NCBI GenBank assembly: GCA_964016885.1
Contig: OZ024740.1
Coordinates: 61,628,001-61,692,000, forward strand
DNA: 64,000 nt
Origin: Eledone cirrhosa
Taxonomy: Eukaryota
Reading direction: 5' to 3'
Part shown: positions 14,050-26,589 of the stretch, in pieces
How positions within the stretch are numbered: the first letter of the stretch is position 1
Layout of the letters: every line of letters begins with the position of its first letter
Notes under the pieces: model-generated
Told to the model about the DNA's origin: nothing
What the model saw: only the letters and a program-made list of their open reading frames with translations
Databases searched by the model: none
Position numbers and translations under genes: made by a program

Positions 14050-17000
14050 ACATAGTCAAGGCGGGTCTTCTGTATTACTACGTGGCGCCAAAGATCTCGG
14101 TCCAGTGACATTGTCTTAGAGAGGTGCAAGTGTGTAAGGTCGGAATTTATCAAATCGTCCCAGGTTTTTCTGGGTCTGCCTACTCCGTAGCTTCCATCTA
14201 TTTTGATCGCCCTGCACTTTTTTATACAGCTGTCATCTTTCATGCGCATCATGTGACCATACCAACGTAGTCTTCTCTCGAGTAAACAGCATCTGATCCC
14301 TCTTATTCCTAATTTCTCACTTAGTTCATTTATGCTTTACCGTTCACGTATATTACTATTACACATCCACTGGAGCATGCATGCTTCGTTCCTTTCCAGT
14401 CTGCGCTGGTCCACTGCACACAATGCCCATGTCTCACTGCCATGTAGCATTTCTGTTTATATTCAGGCATCATACAGCCTGCCTTCAATTTTTAGAGAGA
14501 AACCTTTAGCGGCCAATAGTGGTATAAGCTCTCTGAACTTTTTCCATCCCTCTTTGACTCTGGCTACTGTACTTTCAGAGCACCCTCCTCCACTGTTGAT
14601 TTTGTCACCCAGGTAACGGAAAGTGTCCACGATTTCTATAGAACCATCTTGGCAATAGAAAGAGCTAGTATCCTGTGGGCACTTGCTACTTATTGCACCT
14701 GAGCATCGGCCACATATAAAATCTACATTCTTAGATAGTTTCCCTATGATCCCACTACATCTTTTATGTACCCATAGTTTGCATTTGGGACATAAAATGG
14801 AATTTCTACTTACTCCTTTCCTACACACTGAGCATGGCCATTTCCCAGAGGGCAGCTGTGCCCTATTTTCCTTTCTACATACTAGAACTTTAGTCTTAGA
14901 CAAGTTAACTTTAAGGCCATTTGATTCTAGGCCATGCTTCCATGTTTGGAATTTTTTCTTTAGTTCAGCCATAGATCCAGCTATGAGAGTTAGATCATCT
15001 GCGTATAGGAGTTCCCATGAGCAGCCGGTCTTAAACTCCTCTGTTATAGCCTGAAGGGCAATAATAAATAGGAGGGGGCTAAGGACAGCGCCTTCATTAA
15101 TACCAAACTTTACACTAAATTCTTCTATATTCATTGTTAATTCTAACCTTACTGACTGTTTCTTTATACATGGCTTGTATAGCTCTCACAAGCCATTCAT
15201 CTACACCTAGTTTTCTAAGAGCCCACCAGATAATGGAGTGGAAGACTCTGTCAAAGGCTTTCTCCGGGTCTTCAAAAGCTAAGTATAGGGGTTTACTTTT
15301 AGCTAGGTACTTCTGTAGTTGTCGTACAAGGAAAAGAGTGTCTGTGGTACTTTTACCTGACATAAACCCAAACTGAATTTCATCTAGATCAATTTGCTCT
15401 CTGATTAGTTGCGCTATAACTCTTTCTGTGACCTTCATGACTTGGTCAACTAACTTAATGCCTCTATAGTTTCCCCTATCTAGAGCATCCCCTTTACTCT
15501 TGTAGCAGTTAATGATGATGCTACGCCAGTCTTTTGGTATGACCCCATTCTGTATGACTTGGTTTACTATCCGGGTGACCATAGTATGTCCCACCATTCC
15601 AGATGCCTTCAACATCTCAACAACTATCTCCAAAGGCCCAGCTGCCTTACTTGTCTTCATATCTTTGATTGCCTTACTTATTATACTACCTTTAACTTGC
15701 ACCGCTGGTCCTTCTATTGGAACGATTTGGGGCAGACTATCTTTTTCCTATTTATTCTCCTCATTTAATAGTCTCTCGTAGTGACACTTCCAAGCTACCT
15801 TCTTATCAGTATCAGTGAGGGCAAGTACACCATTATCATTACGGACACACTTCTCCCCAACAATATCACGGGTTTCCTTGACACATTGTCTAGCAATCCT
15901 GAACACCTCACGTTTTTGGTCCTCACCTTGTAGAATATGCTTGAACTTTCTATTCTCTGCTTCCCTTCTTGCAAAGTACACTTGTCTCCTAGCTTCTCTC
16001 CTGGTCACTTGATAGTGTTCTCTACTTCCCCCATCCTGCCATACTTTCCAAGCCTGCTTTTTGGCCTTGATTGTCTCCTCCCCCTTACTGTTCCACCACC
16101 AAGTTACTCTTTTGCTGACAATAGGTCTGCTCCAGCCACAGATTTCATCTGTTGCTTTCAGCAGGTTCACTTTCAAGAATTCTCACTGTTCCTCTATATT
16201 GTACGTCTCTAATTGCTCTTCCTTATTGTCAAAAGCATCAAGTAATAAGCTTTTAAATTTGTCTCTGGCTTTGGGGTCCTTCAACTTCCATATTCTTCTC
16301 CTCAAGGTAGTCCTCCTCTGTCGTCGAGTACATCTATTCCTGACTATGAGGTCACTAACTACTAGGCTATGTTGGGAGGTGCATTCTTCACGGGGGAGGG
16401 ATTTGGTGTTTACAACAGACATTTTGTCACGTCTTCTAGTAAGGATATAATCTATCTATCTGGCTGGCGTGTTCCCCTGATCTATAGGTGATCAAGTGAT
16501 TTTCTCGTTTTTTGAAGTTTGTGTTACAGATAGTTAGGTTATTAGCATCCCAGAATTCCAGGATTCTGGAGCCTTCCTCATTTCTATTACCAAACCCATA
16601 GCCCCCATGGATTCCATCATAGCCATCACTATTTTGTCCAACGTGACCATTTAGGTCGCCAGCAATCATTAAGTAGTCGCTGTCGGTTATTTGGGAGGTA
16701 GCGTGCATTAACGACTCATAGAACCTGTCCTTTATAATGTCAGGTAGACCAGATTGGGGTGCATAAGAGGATATTATTGTTACAGTAGTTCTATTTAGAA
16801 CTAGTCTTATTTTAATTATTCTGTCATTCACTCTATTTATGTCAATTACCTTATCTACCCATTTTTCAGCTAACATAATTCCTACACCACCCAGTCCGGT
16901 GTCATTTCCCACCCAGAAAAGTTTAGAGCATCGTTTTTTACCCACAATGAATCTAGCAGAACTACCTCTCCACCTAGTCTCTGGAACACAACAAACATCA

Positions 17001-17300
17001 ACTTCCTTACGTTCAAGCATCTCTACAACCTCATTTGAACGGCCTATCAATGTGCCTACGTTCATGGTACCAACTCTGAAGTTGGGTGGGTGGAATGGAT
17101 GGGTTGGAGGGGCAGGGAGGGGTGTGGGAGACGGAATTACGTTGGTCATCCATGTCTGAAATAAAGAGGGGTTCTTGCATTCTCGTCCTGCAGAGGGAGG
17201 TGAATTTATCTTTATCTGTGTCATTGTCATTGAGTGTTCAGACTTTCCAAATTCCGCAGTCCACCTAGCAAACCGAAAATCAACCAGGTCTAAACTTAAG
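14050..17300 (-). mobile_element. Near full-length decayed RTE-clade LINE (APE endonuclease + RT)
   Basis: APE motifs GTMNVGTL, YAPQ, GDLNGHVG; RT motifs NYRGIKL, QFGF, EKAFDRV, LLYADDL, FRYLG; C-terminal GRPRKTW; several frameshifts and stops. Confidence 0.93.
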
Positions 17301-19723
17301 GAGTAATAACTGAGGTGGTAGCTTTGCTATACTGATTTCTAAGAAAACTTACTATAAACTGCTGAGTTATGATTGGACCAAATAGCAATGGTGGTGTGCG
17401 GGATGGGAGGGTAAACTTTAGAGGAGAAGGTTAGTTTTTAGGAAGGGTCCAAACAGAATGAGGCATATTATTATAAACATGTAAAATATTAATTGAAAAT
17501 CCGAGAGAAAAAAGAGAGAGATTACATTCTAGACGAACATAAATAAAAGTTTAAAACACTGGTCAACAGATGGACTACGGGACTACAAAAATATCTAATG
17601 AAGAATAATGGAATCTTAATACAAATAGCCACAAATAATACAAAAAATTGTTTTCTGTATATGTTTTGGCTCATTACTTTCTGAGTTCAAATCCTGCCTT
17701 GGTCAACTTCACCTTTCATCCTTCTGAGGTTGATAAAATAGGTTCCATTCGTTTTGAGTGAAGTCATTTAGAACAAAACATTAAGAGTGAACAATAATTT
17801 CAGCAAAGAATAATTTTTAAGCAAAATATATACTATTGTACATTTGAAGAGGAAATACATGAACTTAGAAAGAATTAAATTTATCACACAAAAGAAGAGG
17901 AAATATGTAAACTTTGAAAGAAGAATTACAATCATTGTTGAATCAAGAGGTTTAGAAATTACAGATTATCTTAAACACCTTGCCTACACCATTACTTTTT
18001 GAATTTTTATTCTTTCTAGAATTAAATTTTTGGATTTTAAACGTGAATTTTTAGTTCTTTCTACCATAAAATGTGTCGATTTTTAATAATTTTTTATTTA
18101 CCTGTTGTGAAAAAAATTGTAGATTTCTAGTATATTTTTATTTTTATCAACTTAGCTCAAATTGTCTTTAAAGAAATAGTTTGAGGTTCGCTCTAACTGA
18201 CATCACTTAATAGGCATCACTCAAAATGACATCGCTCAACTTTTAGTATATTCACATGAATAAAATAATGTACCAGTCAAGTACTGGTGTTGATTTAATC
18301 AACTTTTCCCTCCCCTCAAATTACTGGCCATGTGCTTGATCTATAAACTGCTATCTTTTCCTATTGAGGAATTTTTCCTAATTGACTTTTGTTATAATTT
18401 TCTATTATCATTACTATTTCCTACAATCATTGACTTTGCTTTCTTTTATTTTCTGGGGTTGATAAAATAAAGTACCAATTAAATTGGGACCTGGTCATCT
18501 GACCTATTTAATCATATGTACTCCTCTTAATGAGTTTTATGAGACTAATGTATGACGTAACAAAAACTGAATATTAGTTAAGTATCTGAACATTTCATAT
18601 GATATTTTGGGGACTGGCTGCTAAGTGGCATATATTTTGTGTCGGAATCATTTAAGTATCTTTCAACTGTTTGTTTTGATATTAAGTTTCAATTTCAATA
18701 TAATGTATTTTGGTTTATTTGCAATATTTGCAACATAGATACTGGCAGAGCTGAGAGGTTAAGAGGTTTGTTTTTCAATTATGAGATCCCAGGTTCATTC
18801 CAATTGCTTACCATAGCCTTGGGTTAACTCAGCCTTGTGAATGCAATTGAGTAGATAGAAAATTGTGTGGAAACCTTCCAGATAGATTGTACCTATAATT
18901 CTTACTGTGTTATGCTAATTTTGCTTGAGAATTATGTTAAAGGTACACATGTCTGTGGAATACTCATGTTAATTCCCAATTCATGGTTTCTAAGTGAAAT
19001 GGTTAAATGGATCAGATATTAGATACATGATGGCAAATTGTCAAATTGTAAGAGCTGGTAGAGCATATTACAAAATGCCTTGTGATATTCTTACCATTAA
19101 TCCTTTTGATCCAAAACTGCTTGAAACTGTTTTTGGCTCTATGAAACAAAATCACCCAGGTTAAAGGATTCTTATATAAATTCCATATGAGCCAAAGTTA
19201 TTTTGGTATGGCTATCAGCTAAATATGTTTTATTAATAAAAATAAAAAAAATTGTAAACAGAATATTCTGGTTGGGCACACTAATTTACAGTAATTCTAA
19301 GGTGGAGTTTCAGAATAAGCATATAAAGTTTTCGAAATTTGGGATTTGGGGGTGCACCATTGAAAAGTAGGGGAAGCAGTGCCATCCAGTGACTCCTTCA
19401 TCCTGGCATCAGGCATGACAAAAGTATTAAACACCAAAATTTTCAAGTAGAAAGTAACATAAATTAAAAAGAAATCAGTAATGAAAAGTTGTATAATCTG
19501 TTACATGTAATCCTTTCTGGTAACTCTGGACACTAGATTTCTGGCCCTGCACTTGGGTTTTGATATTTGTATATAATGTTTTGATATTTTAATAACTTGT
19601 TTAACTTTTTTGATAACAAGCCCCTACAAAAATATGTCAATTCTATCATAGAGCACCTTTTGTTTTAAAGTATTTATATATAAAAACAAAATTTGTTTTC
19701 ACTCTAACATGGTGGATAACTTA

Positions 19724-19740
19724 ACATATTTGTGAGTGAA

Positions 19741-19772
<32 letters not shown>

Positions 19773-19883
19773 ATATTCGGTTCATTTGCAAGCAAACAGC
19801 CTCATAACATCATGTGTATTTTCTAGAAACGAACTGAATATTAATAATATTATTGTAATATTGTTATTATTCACTCACAAATA
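19724..19883. repeat. AT-rich inverted repeat (MITE-like hairpin)
   Basis: ATATTTGTGAGTGAATAATAA...ATATTCGGTTC / GAACTGAATAT...TTATTATTCACTCACAAATAT. Confidence 0.6.
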
Positions 19884-20642
19884 TATTTATATTTAAATAA
19901 AGAATAATGTTAAGGAATAATATCTTTATTCAACTATATATTAAATGCCAGTTTAAGATAGGGTCAGTTATTTTACTAAATTCTTTAAAATTGTTGAGTA
20001 TATTCAAAATTTACTAGAAAACATAGGTGGTGTATTTAATTCAAAATATATCAAAAAGGGTAAACTCATATCTATAATGTCAACTAGTGGGGTCTGGAGT
20101 GCAGTGACACTACACTATTACATTATTATGGTGTGACAATTAACTACAGTCACCTTGTTAATCTAGCAAAGAAAATAAACCATGTCAGTTACTTCTAGAA
20201 GGTTTTAATTAATTTATAACTGATCAAGTTGAAGTTACTCTAAATCCATATATTGACCATTTGCATCATATGTAAACTCCTACTATTTTATTACCTGGAT
20301 CTATTTTGAAGATAAATACAGGCATTGTGACTGTTCATCATCTGCATATTGGAGTTAAAGACATGTATCACATTCCTTAAAGATTAGCTAGCAATAGTTT
20401 GATACAAATGGAGAGTCATTAGTGGATTAAAATGCTATCAAAATTTAACTCTTAATTTAAAAGTAGCCATTTTGAAAGCATGGTGGTCATCTTGAACATG
20501 ACCATGTGTTGTTTATGAAAAAGAATACTAGAAAAAATTGTTGTTCTAAATTTCATGCTTACATCCCCATTTGTAGTTTTTCTTTGTTATTTTGGATTTA
20601 CTTGTTCCAATATTCTTGTAATTAATTTTATGATCCATGCAG

Positions 20643-20843
20643 GTACCGACAGACAGAAACTTTGAAATATGACTACAGCCCTTATAGACAGCGATTGTCA
20701 CACAGAACCCAACTACGGAGCAAAACTACTCAGCCTATTTGTGATCAAAGTGGCAGAATATATGAGAATCTAAGTAGAATGATGGCAGATAATACAAAAT
20801 CTCTTCATCAAAGACCTTCCAGTGCTCCAGTAAAAAATAACAG
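20643..20843 (+). CDS. DCDC1: DCDC1-like coding exon 2
   Basis: TGCAG acceptor ending 20642; phase-2 entry gives open (K)YRQTETLKYDYSPYRQRLSHRTQLRSKTT...HQRPSSAPVKNN; donor AG|GTAGGG, phase 2. Confidence 0.7.
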
Positions 20844-21678
20844 GTAGGGAGGAATAGTTGGCATTTTATATCAAACATGCTTACATTTTTCAGGAAAATA
20901 CCACTTTATCATCACCATCACCATCTTCACCATCATCAATACCATCAACATAAATATCATCACCATCTCCATCAAGATCATCATCAGCACCACCACCAGC
21001 CACCAAATGAGGAACACACATTATCAAGTTGCAGTTGTCATATTATGTAGTTTCTGTATAAAAACTATTATTATCTGCAGCAACTACAAACACATTACGT
21101 AATAGGTCATGTTCTACCTTCTCCTTATGTATCTCAACTAACCACCAACTCAAAATAAGATCTAAACATTTAGTCTAATGATTTGATGCCATACACTGGG
21201 AACATAGCTCAGCAACAACAAAAATAATCTTGAAATATATGAACTGGTTAAAGGAGGAATATTACATAAATACGAAGTCCAAAAGCAATATAAAATTAAA
21301 CACATACTTCAAACCACAGTATATACAAACATCTATATATACACATACACACACAAATGTAAATATACAAATAAGATCAAAATAAGCAAATGGAGATTTT
21401 CAAAATTATTTTACAAAATTAAACATACTGGAATATCATTTTTAGTCCTATTCTATCAAAATTGGTCTGTAGTCTATCAAGCATAAAGAATCAGTAATAA
21501 AAAAAGATAATCGAAGAAATAAAGAAGGAATGAATGAAAGAAAGACCATCCAGTCAAACACGCACCTCCATCCTCCCACTCATAGCCTTATCACAAACTT
21601 CAAAGGCTAGAATGATGCCAACTGCTTTGGTCACTTGTTTAGGCATCACACACACACACTCTTGCCCTAAACCATTAA

Positions 21679-22186
21679 CCCTTTAGCATTTACATTACTC
21701 TATATATACTATTATATTTTCATGGTAAAGGCTTTATCTCACATAAATATCTCACATAATATCGAATCTATGAGATTTTGAAAGTATTTATTTTGGGAAC
21801 AATACCTTAACATCAGTTTGAGTGACCAGTTACAGCCAGTTTCAACAGAAAAAGGTAGAGAATTCTGGCCGGTTTGAACATTAAAGGGTTAAAGATATCA
21901 AAATTAAATAGGCCAAAGGCTGAAAGAATACCAGCCAGGACTGCCCATAAGAGAATTCATACTTTCTTCTTAACATTTACTTTACTCTATATTTACTATT
22001 GTATTTTTGTGGTAAAGGCTTTATCTTACATAATTATCTCACATAATATTGAATGTATGAGATTTTGATGTTATTCATTTTGAGAACAATACCTTAATGT
22101 CGGTATGAGCAGCCAGTTACGGTCAGTTTGAATAGAAAGAGGTGTGAGAATTCTGGCTGGATATGGCCAGTTTAAATGATAAAGGG
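21679..22186. mobile_element. Two adjacent piggyBac-type MITE family 1 copies (21679-21888; about 21970-22186)
   Basis: TTAA-CCCTTTAGCATTTAC...AAAGGG-TTAA; the second copy has lost most of its left TIR. Confidence 0.8.
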
Positions 22187-23170
22187 TTAATCATGATGTT
22201 GAACTATGTGACAACTAAGTCTAACACCCAAAATAGGCAAGTGTGAACACAAGTTTGGGACCAGTTCTATCACAGGTGTCACCAGAATAGATATATAGAT
22301 AGATACATAGATACAACAAAACATCCTGTCTGTTGCTCTAAGGATTCTGCCATTTTACATCCCTAGTTTGGTAATTTATTTACCAATACTGTGAGGAGGA
22401 CAAGGGAAATGCTTTTAGGTGAGATTTGAACTTATAATCTAATGAATTAAAACAAATTCTAATGATTCTGCCTATTCACCTCCCTCACCTGCATTTCTCT
22501 TATGTCCAGAGCCAGATTAAGTCCTTTTAAGGCCCTAAGGATTTAAAAGATTATTGTTTCCTCATAAAGTCTATAAAAAATGTTTGTTTGTTTTTGCATA
22601 ACAAATACATTTAATTTGTATAAAATGGTGTTCTTCTTCCCTTGGTATCCTAAGCATATGTTTATTTTGCTTAATGGTTAATCCATCCCTGATTATATCA
22701 AATAAATTATTATATTACTATCACTATTTCTAGCAATACAAGCATCACTAACACCAAAGCCACTATCATTGCTATGATACTCACAATGTTACTATCTAAC
22801 TCCCATCATCAACATCTCTCTCTTCAAATATACCTACTTTTTCTTTCTTTCCTTTATTTTTAATTGTCTATCCCTTTTTCTTTCTCTGTTCTTTTCAATT
22901 TCTCTCTTCCTATCACCTTTTCTTTCTCCCCTCCTCATTGTATTGGCTAAATTTCATACATTTATTCATTCATGCTTGACTTTTCTCTCCTTTTCTTATT
23001 ACTCACTATTCATTTCCCTTTCTTTCGCATTCCCCATTCTTCTCTTCCTTTCTTTCTCTCATGTCATACATATATTCAATTATGCATTACTAATTAATTA
23101 CATTGTGTCTTACTATTTATTTCAATTCCATGTAACAATCAATATGGTAAAAATAAATCATAAAATGAAG

Positions 23171-23241
23171 AGCCCTGGCTGAAGTCCATTTTGCAGATAC
23201 ACTCCATCACCCTTATAGAACCAACAATGGCGCAAAGTTTG
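23171..23241 (+). CDS. DCDC1: DCDC1-like coding exon 3 (5' boundary uncertain)
   Basis: A phase 2-to-1 exon is needed between exons 2 and 4; 23171-23241 reads (R)ALAEVHFADTLHHPYRTNNGAKF with donor G|GTAAAT. The AAG acceptor at 23170 has a poor pyrimidine tract; a stronger TTTTGCAG at 23196 would need phase-1 entry. Confidence 0.45.
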
Positions 23242-24069
23242 GTAAATAGTCATTTGATTTATGGATATTTTAAATATTTTGGGTTTATTTGATTGAAGTT
23301 CAGTGAATGGAAACAGTATGGAAGGTTGTCATGTGTGTATCATCATTATCATTTTTATTTTGTATGAAACTATTACTGAACATATGTCTATCTATTTATC
23401 TATCTGTCTGTTCATCTGCCTATCTGCCCGCCTCTCTGTCTGTCATCATTATTGTTTTGAATCTGGTTTTCATGCTTGCATGGGTTGGATGGGTCTTCTT
23501 TTGCACAGTCTCCCACCACCTGTTGTGTTCCTTTGTCATATCCCTTGTGATGTTCAACTGAGGTTTTCCTAGGCCTTTCTTTTCCACAGCTTTCTTCTAT
23601 TTGGATCACTCTTACTTCTTCACTAAACAATCATCATCCATATACAATACCTGTTGATACCAGCACAATTTTCTCTTCTTCGTGCAACATCTGATTTCTC
23701 TTATTTCTTTTCCAGATCGTCTCTGCTTTGTCTTTCATGCACACTAACATTACACACCCATCGGAACATGCTTGATTCCTTTTTGTCTAGTCCTCGTTTA
23801 TCCTTTGCATTTACTGTCCATATCTCACTACCATTGTTGTCTGCATGCTAGCATCATACACTCACACACACACACACACACACATAACCATATGTATCTG
23901 GTTTAGAATAGGTACACTGTATCACTGCATGTTATAAGGAACGACTAAAAAGGTTAGTGTCAGGAAAGGGACCTGGTGGTAAATTATTGACTCAAAAAGT
24001 CATGTCCAACCCATGCCAGCATGGCAAGTGAATGTAAAAGTGATGATGATATATATATGTGTGTGTGTG

Positions 24070-26580
24070 TGCTCGACTCCTTTCTCTCCTTCTTCTGCTC
24101 CTTACACCCCTCCCTCCACTTCACCACCTCTATCTCCACCACCCACGTCCACTTCTTAGACATCTCCGTCGCCTTCGACCCCTCCCACCACTCCCTCGTC
24201 ACCTCCGCCTTATTCAAACCCACCGACTCCCACTCTTACCTCGACTTCACCTCTTCCCACTCCACACACACTAAACACTCTATTCCCTACTCCCAACTCC
24301 TCGAGATGCTGACTTTGAGTCCCAGGCCCTTTCCCTAGTCAGCCATTCCATCCGCAGAGGTTACCCCCCCTCTCTCGTCCACACCGTTCGCGCCCGTGCT
24401 GTCCACCGCTCCACCACCCTCACCCCATGCCACCGCACACCCACCCACCGTCTCCCCTTCCCCATCACCTACCACCCCTCCATCTTACCCCTCCACCGCA
24501 CCATCCGCCGCCTCTTTCGACGCCTCCAGTTCGACCCCTCCACTTCCCACATCTTCCCAACCCCACCATTCCCCTCCTTCAAACGCGCACGCAATCTCCG
24601 CACCCTCCTCGTCCACAGCTCCCCCCCACGCCCCCCCGGTTCCTTTCCCTGTTCTAGGCCCCGCTGCAACACCTGTCCCCACATCACCAACACCACCACC
24701 TTCCAGGGTCCCAACGGCCACTCTCTCTCTGTCCGGCATGCCTTCCGCTGCACCTCCTCCAACCTAGTCTACGGACTTCACTGCACGGAGTGCAGCGCGA
24801 CTTACGTCGGACAGACCGGACGTCGCCTGGCGGACAGATTCACCGAGCACCTCTGGGATATTCGTCTCGGTGGTAGTTCCCCCATCGCCCGCCACTTTGG
24901 TGCCCCTGGACATTCCGCCATCTCACAGTCTGTGGCCTACTCCAATGCCACGGAACACCTGCCAATCTCCTCAGAGTTGAACAAAGAACCATCTTCATCT
25001 TACAGACCCACACTCCCCCCGGCCTGAACTCCCCACCCTTATTCCTTTAGCCTTCAACCGCCCCCTCCCCCCACACATATCCCCCACTAACACCACTAAC
25101 ACACCCCTCCTTTTCACCGCCCACCCCACAACTAACAATACTAACACCTCCACTCCACCCCTCATCCGACCACCCTTCCCCAACTAACATACTAACATCC
25201 CTCCCTTCTTCTCCTCCCCCCCTCCTTATCACACGCACACACCCACCGGCACATATATACACGCGCTCACACTAAACACACACCCTACTACCACCACTAA
25301 CCCTCACCCCCTCACCCCCACACATCCACCGCACCACTCCACAACTAACATCACTAACACCCCCTGACCCCAAGCACACGAACACACACATCCACTTACA
25401 CCACCCACCCTACACGCAACTAACATCACTAACACCCCCAACCCCACGCACACGTACACACACACCCTCTTACACCACCAACTCTACACACCCTACCACC
25501 ACTAACCCCCACTCACACCCGCATTCAACCCTTTCTCCACCTCCCGTATACTAACACCCACTAACACCCCCTTCATCAAACTACACACACACACCAGTAC
25601 ACCACACTCCCTCCATCGACCCCCACACCCTTCTCTCCCCGCTCCACCCACACCCTTTCTCAAACACTCACTCATCCCACTAACACCTCTACTAATACAC
25701 ACACACCCCCTCCTCACTCCAACTTTCACACCTACCCATCCTCGCCCCTTTACCATTCCACCCTACTGCTACTATGCCCTCTGACCACCTCCCAGCACAC
25801 ACAGACACACAGCACTCCTACTGCCTTGACCACTTCCTGTTGCGCGCGCACCCCACATCTCCCCTCTTCCGACTATCTCTTCACGGATTACTCGTATGTG
25901 GACCTTGACCGCGGAATCAACTACCATTCTAGTAGGATTTTACCAACCATTCCACAACATCTTCTTACGGAATCACCTTTTTGATTCCCCCACACACACA
26001 ACCCCCCCAAAATTTTTTTTTTCCACACGCCACCTACACCCACAACACGCTTAAACCCCACACACACGTGTGTTCCACCACATATTTACACATTCAGCCT
26101 CCGGATTCCTCTCCCCCCACCCCTCTATCCACACACGCACACACACTCCGACCTACACCCCACCCCACACACACCTCTTCCTGAACATGCAACCCCGTTC
26201 TTCCCCCAACCCTTGCTTTCACATACACACACACACACACACACGTACACCTACACACACACACCACCTTCAGCCCTTCCCGCTCGGACACCCCGTCTCC
26301 CTCTCCCCACTCCACCCGCCACCACCCCTACACGCCCCACATCCTTCCACCACCTGTTTTACCCCATTTTAATTTTATTTTGATCATGCTTTTATTTTTA
26401 ATTTCATTCGCACCGTTTCCTCCCACCCCCTTTTCGCTATATGTCTCTCCACCACTCCCCTACACACCCTTTGAACTCTCTTCCCACACACTTTTCACCT
26501 GAAGAAGGGCTTATGCCCGAGACGTCGTTCCCCACCACCACCCCTCTCTGTTTTGTTCCTGTTCAAATTTTCCATTATAT
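24070..26580 (+). mobile_element. 5'-truncated Penelope-like element (RT C-terminus + GIY-YIG endonuclease + C/A-rich tail + hammerhead remnant)
   Basis: HPSLHFT..VHFLDISV..FKPTDSHSYLDFTSSH..KHSIPYSQL, then CSRPRCNTC...CTSSNLVYGLHCTECSATYVGQTGRRLADRFTEH (GIY-YIG); frameshifted. Confidence 0.9.
26495..26530 (+). ncRNA. Degenerate hammerhead ribozyme of the Penelope-like terminal repeat
   Basis: CTGAAGA-AGGGC ttat GCCC-GAGAC-GTC; GAAA changed to GAGA and stem I not evident. Confidence 0.55.
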
Positions 26581-26589
26581 ATATCATCA

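Noticed and set aside
24396-24767. Pro/Ser-rich and Gly-rich ORFs, also across 24995-26662
   Set aside because: Alternative frames and antisense readings of the C-rich Penelope-like element.
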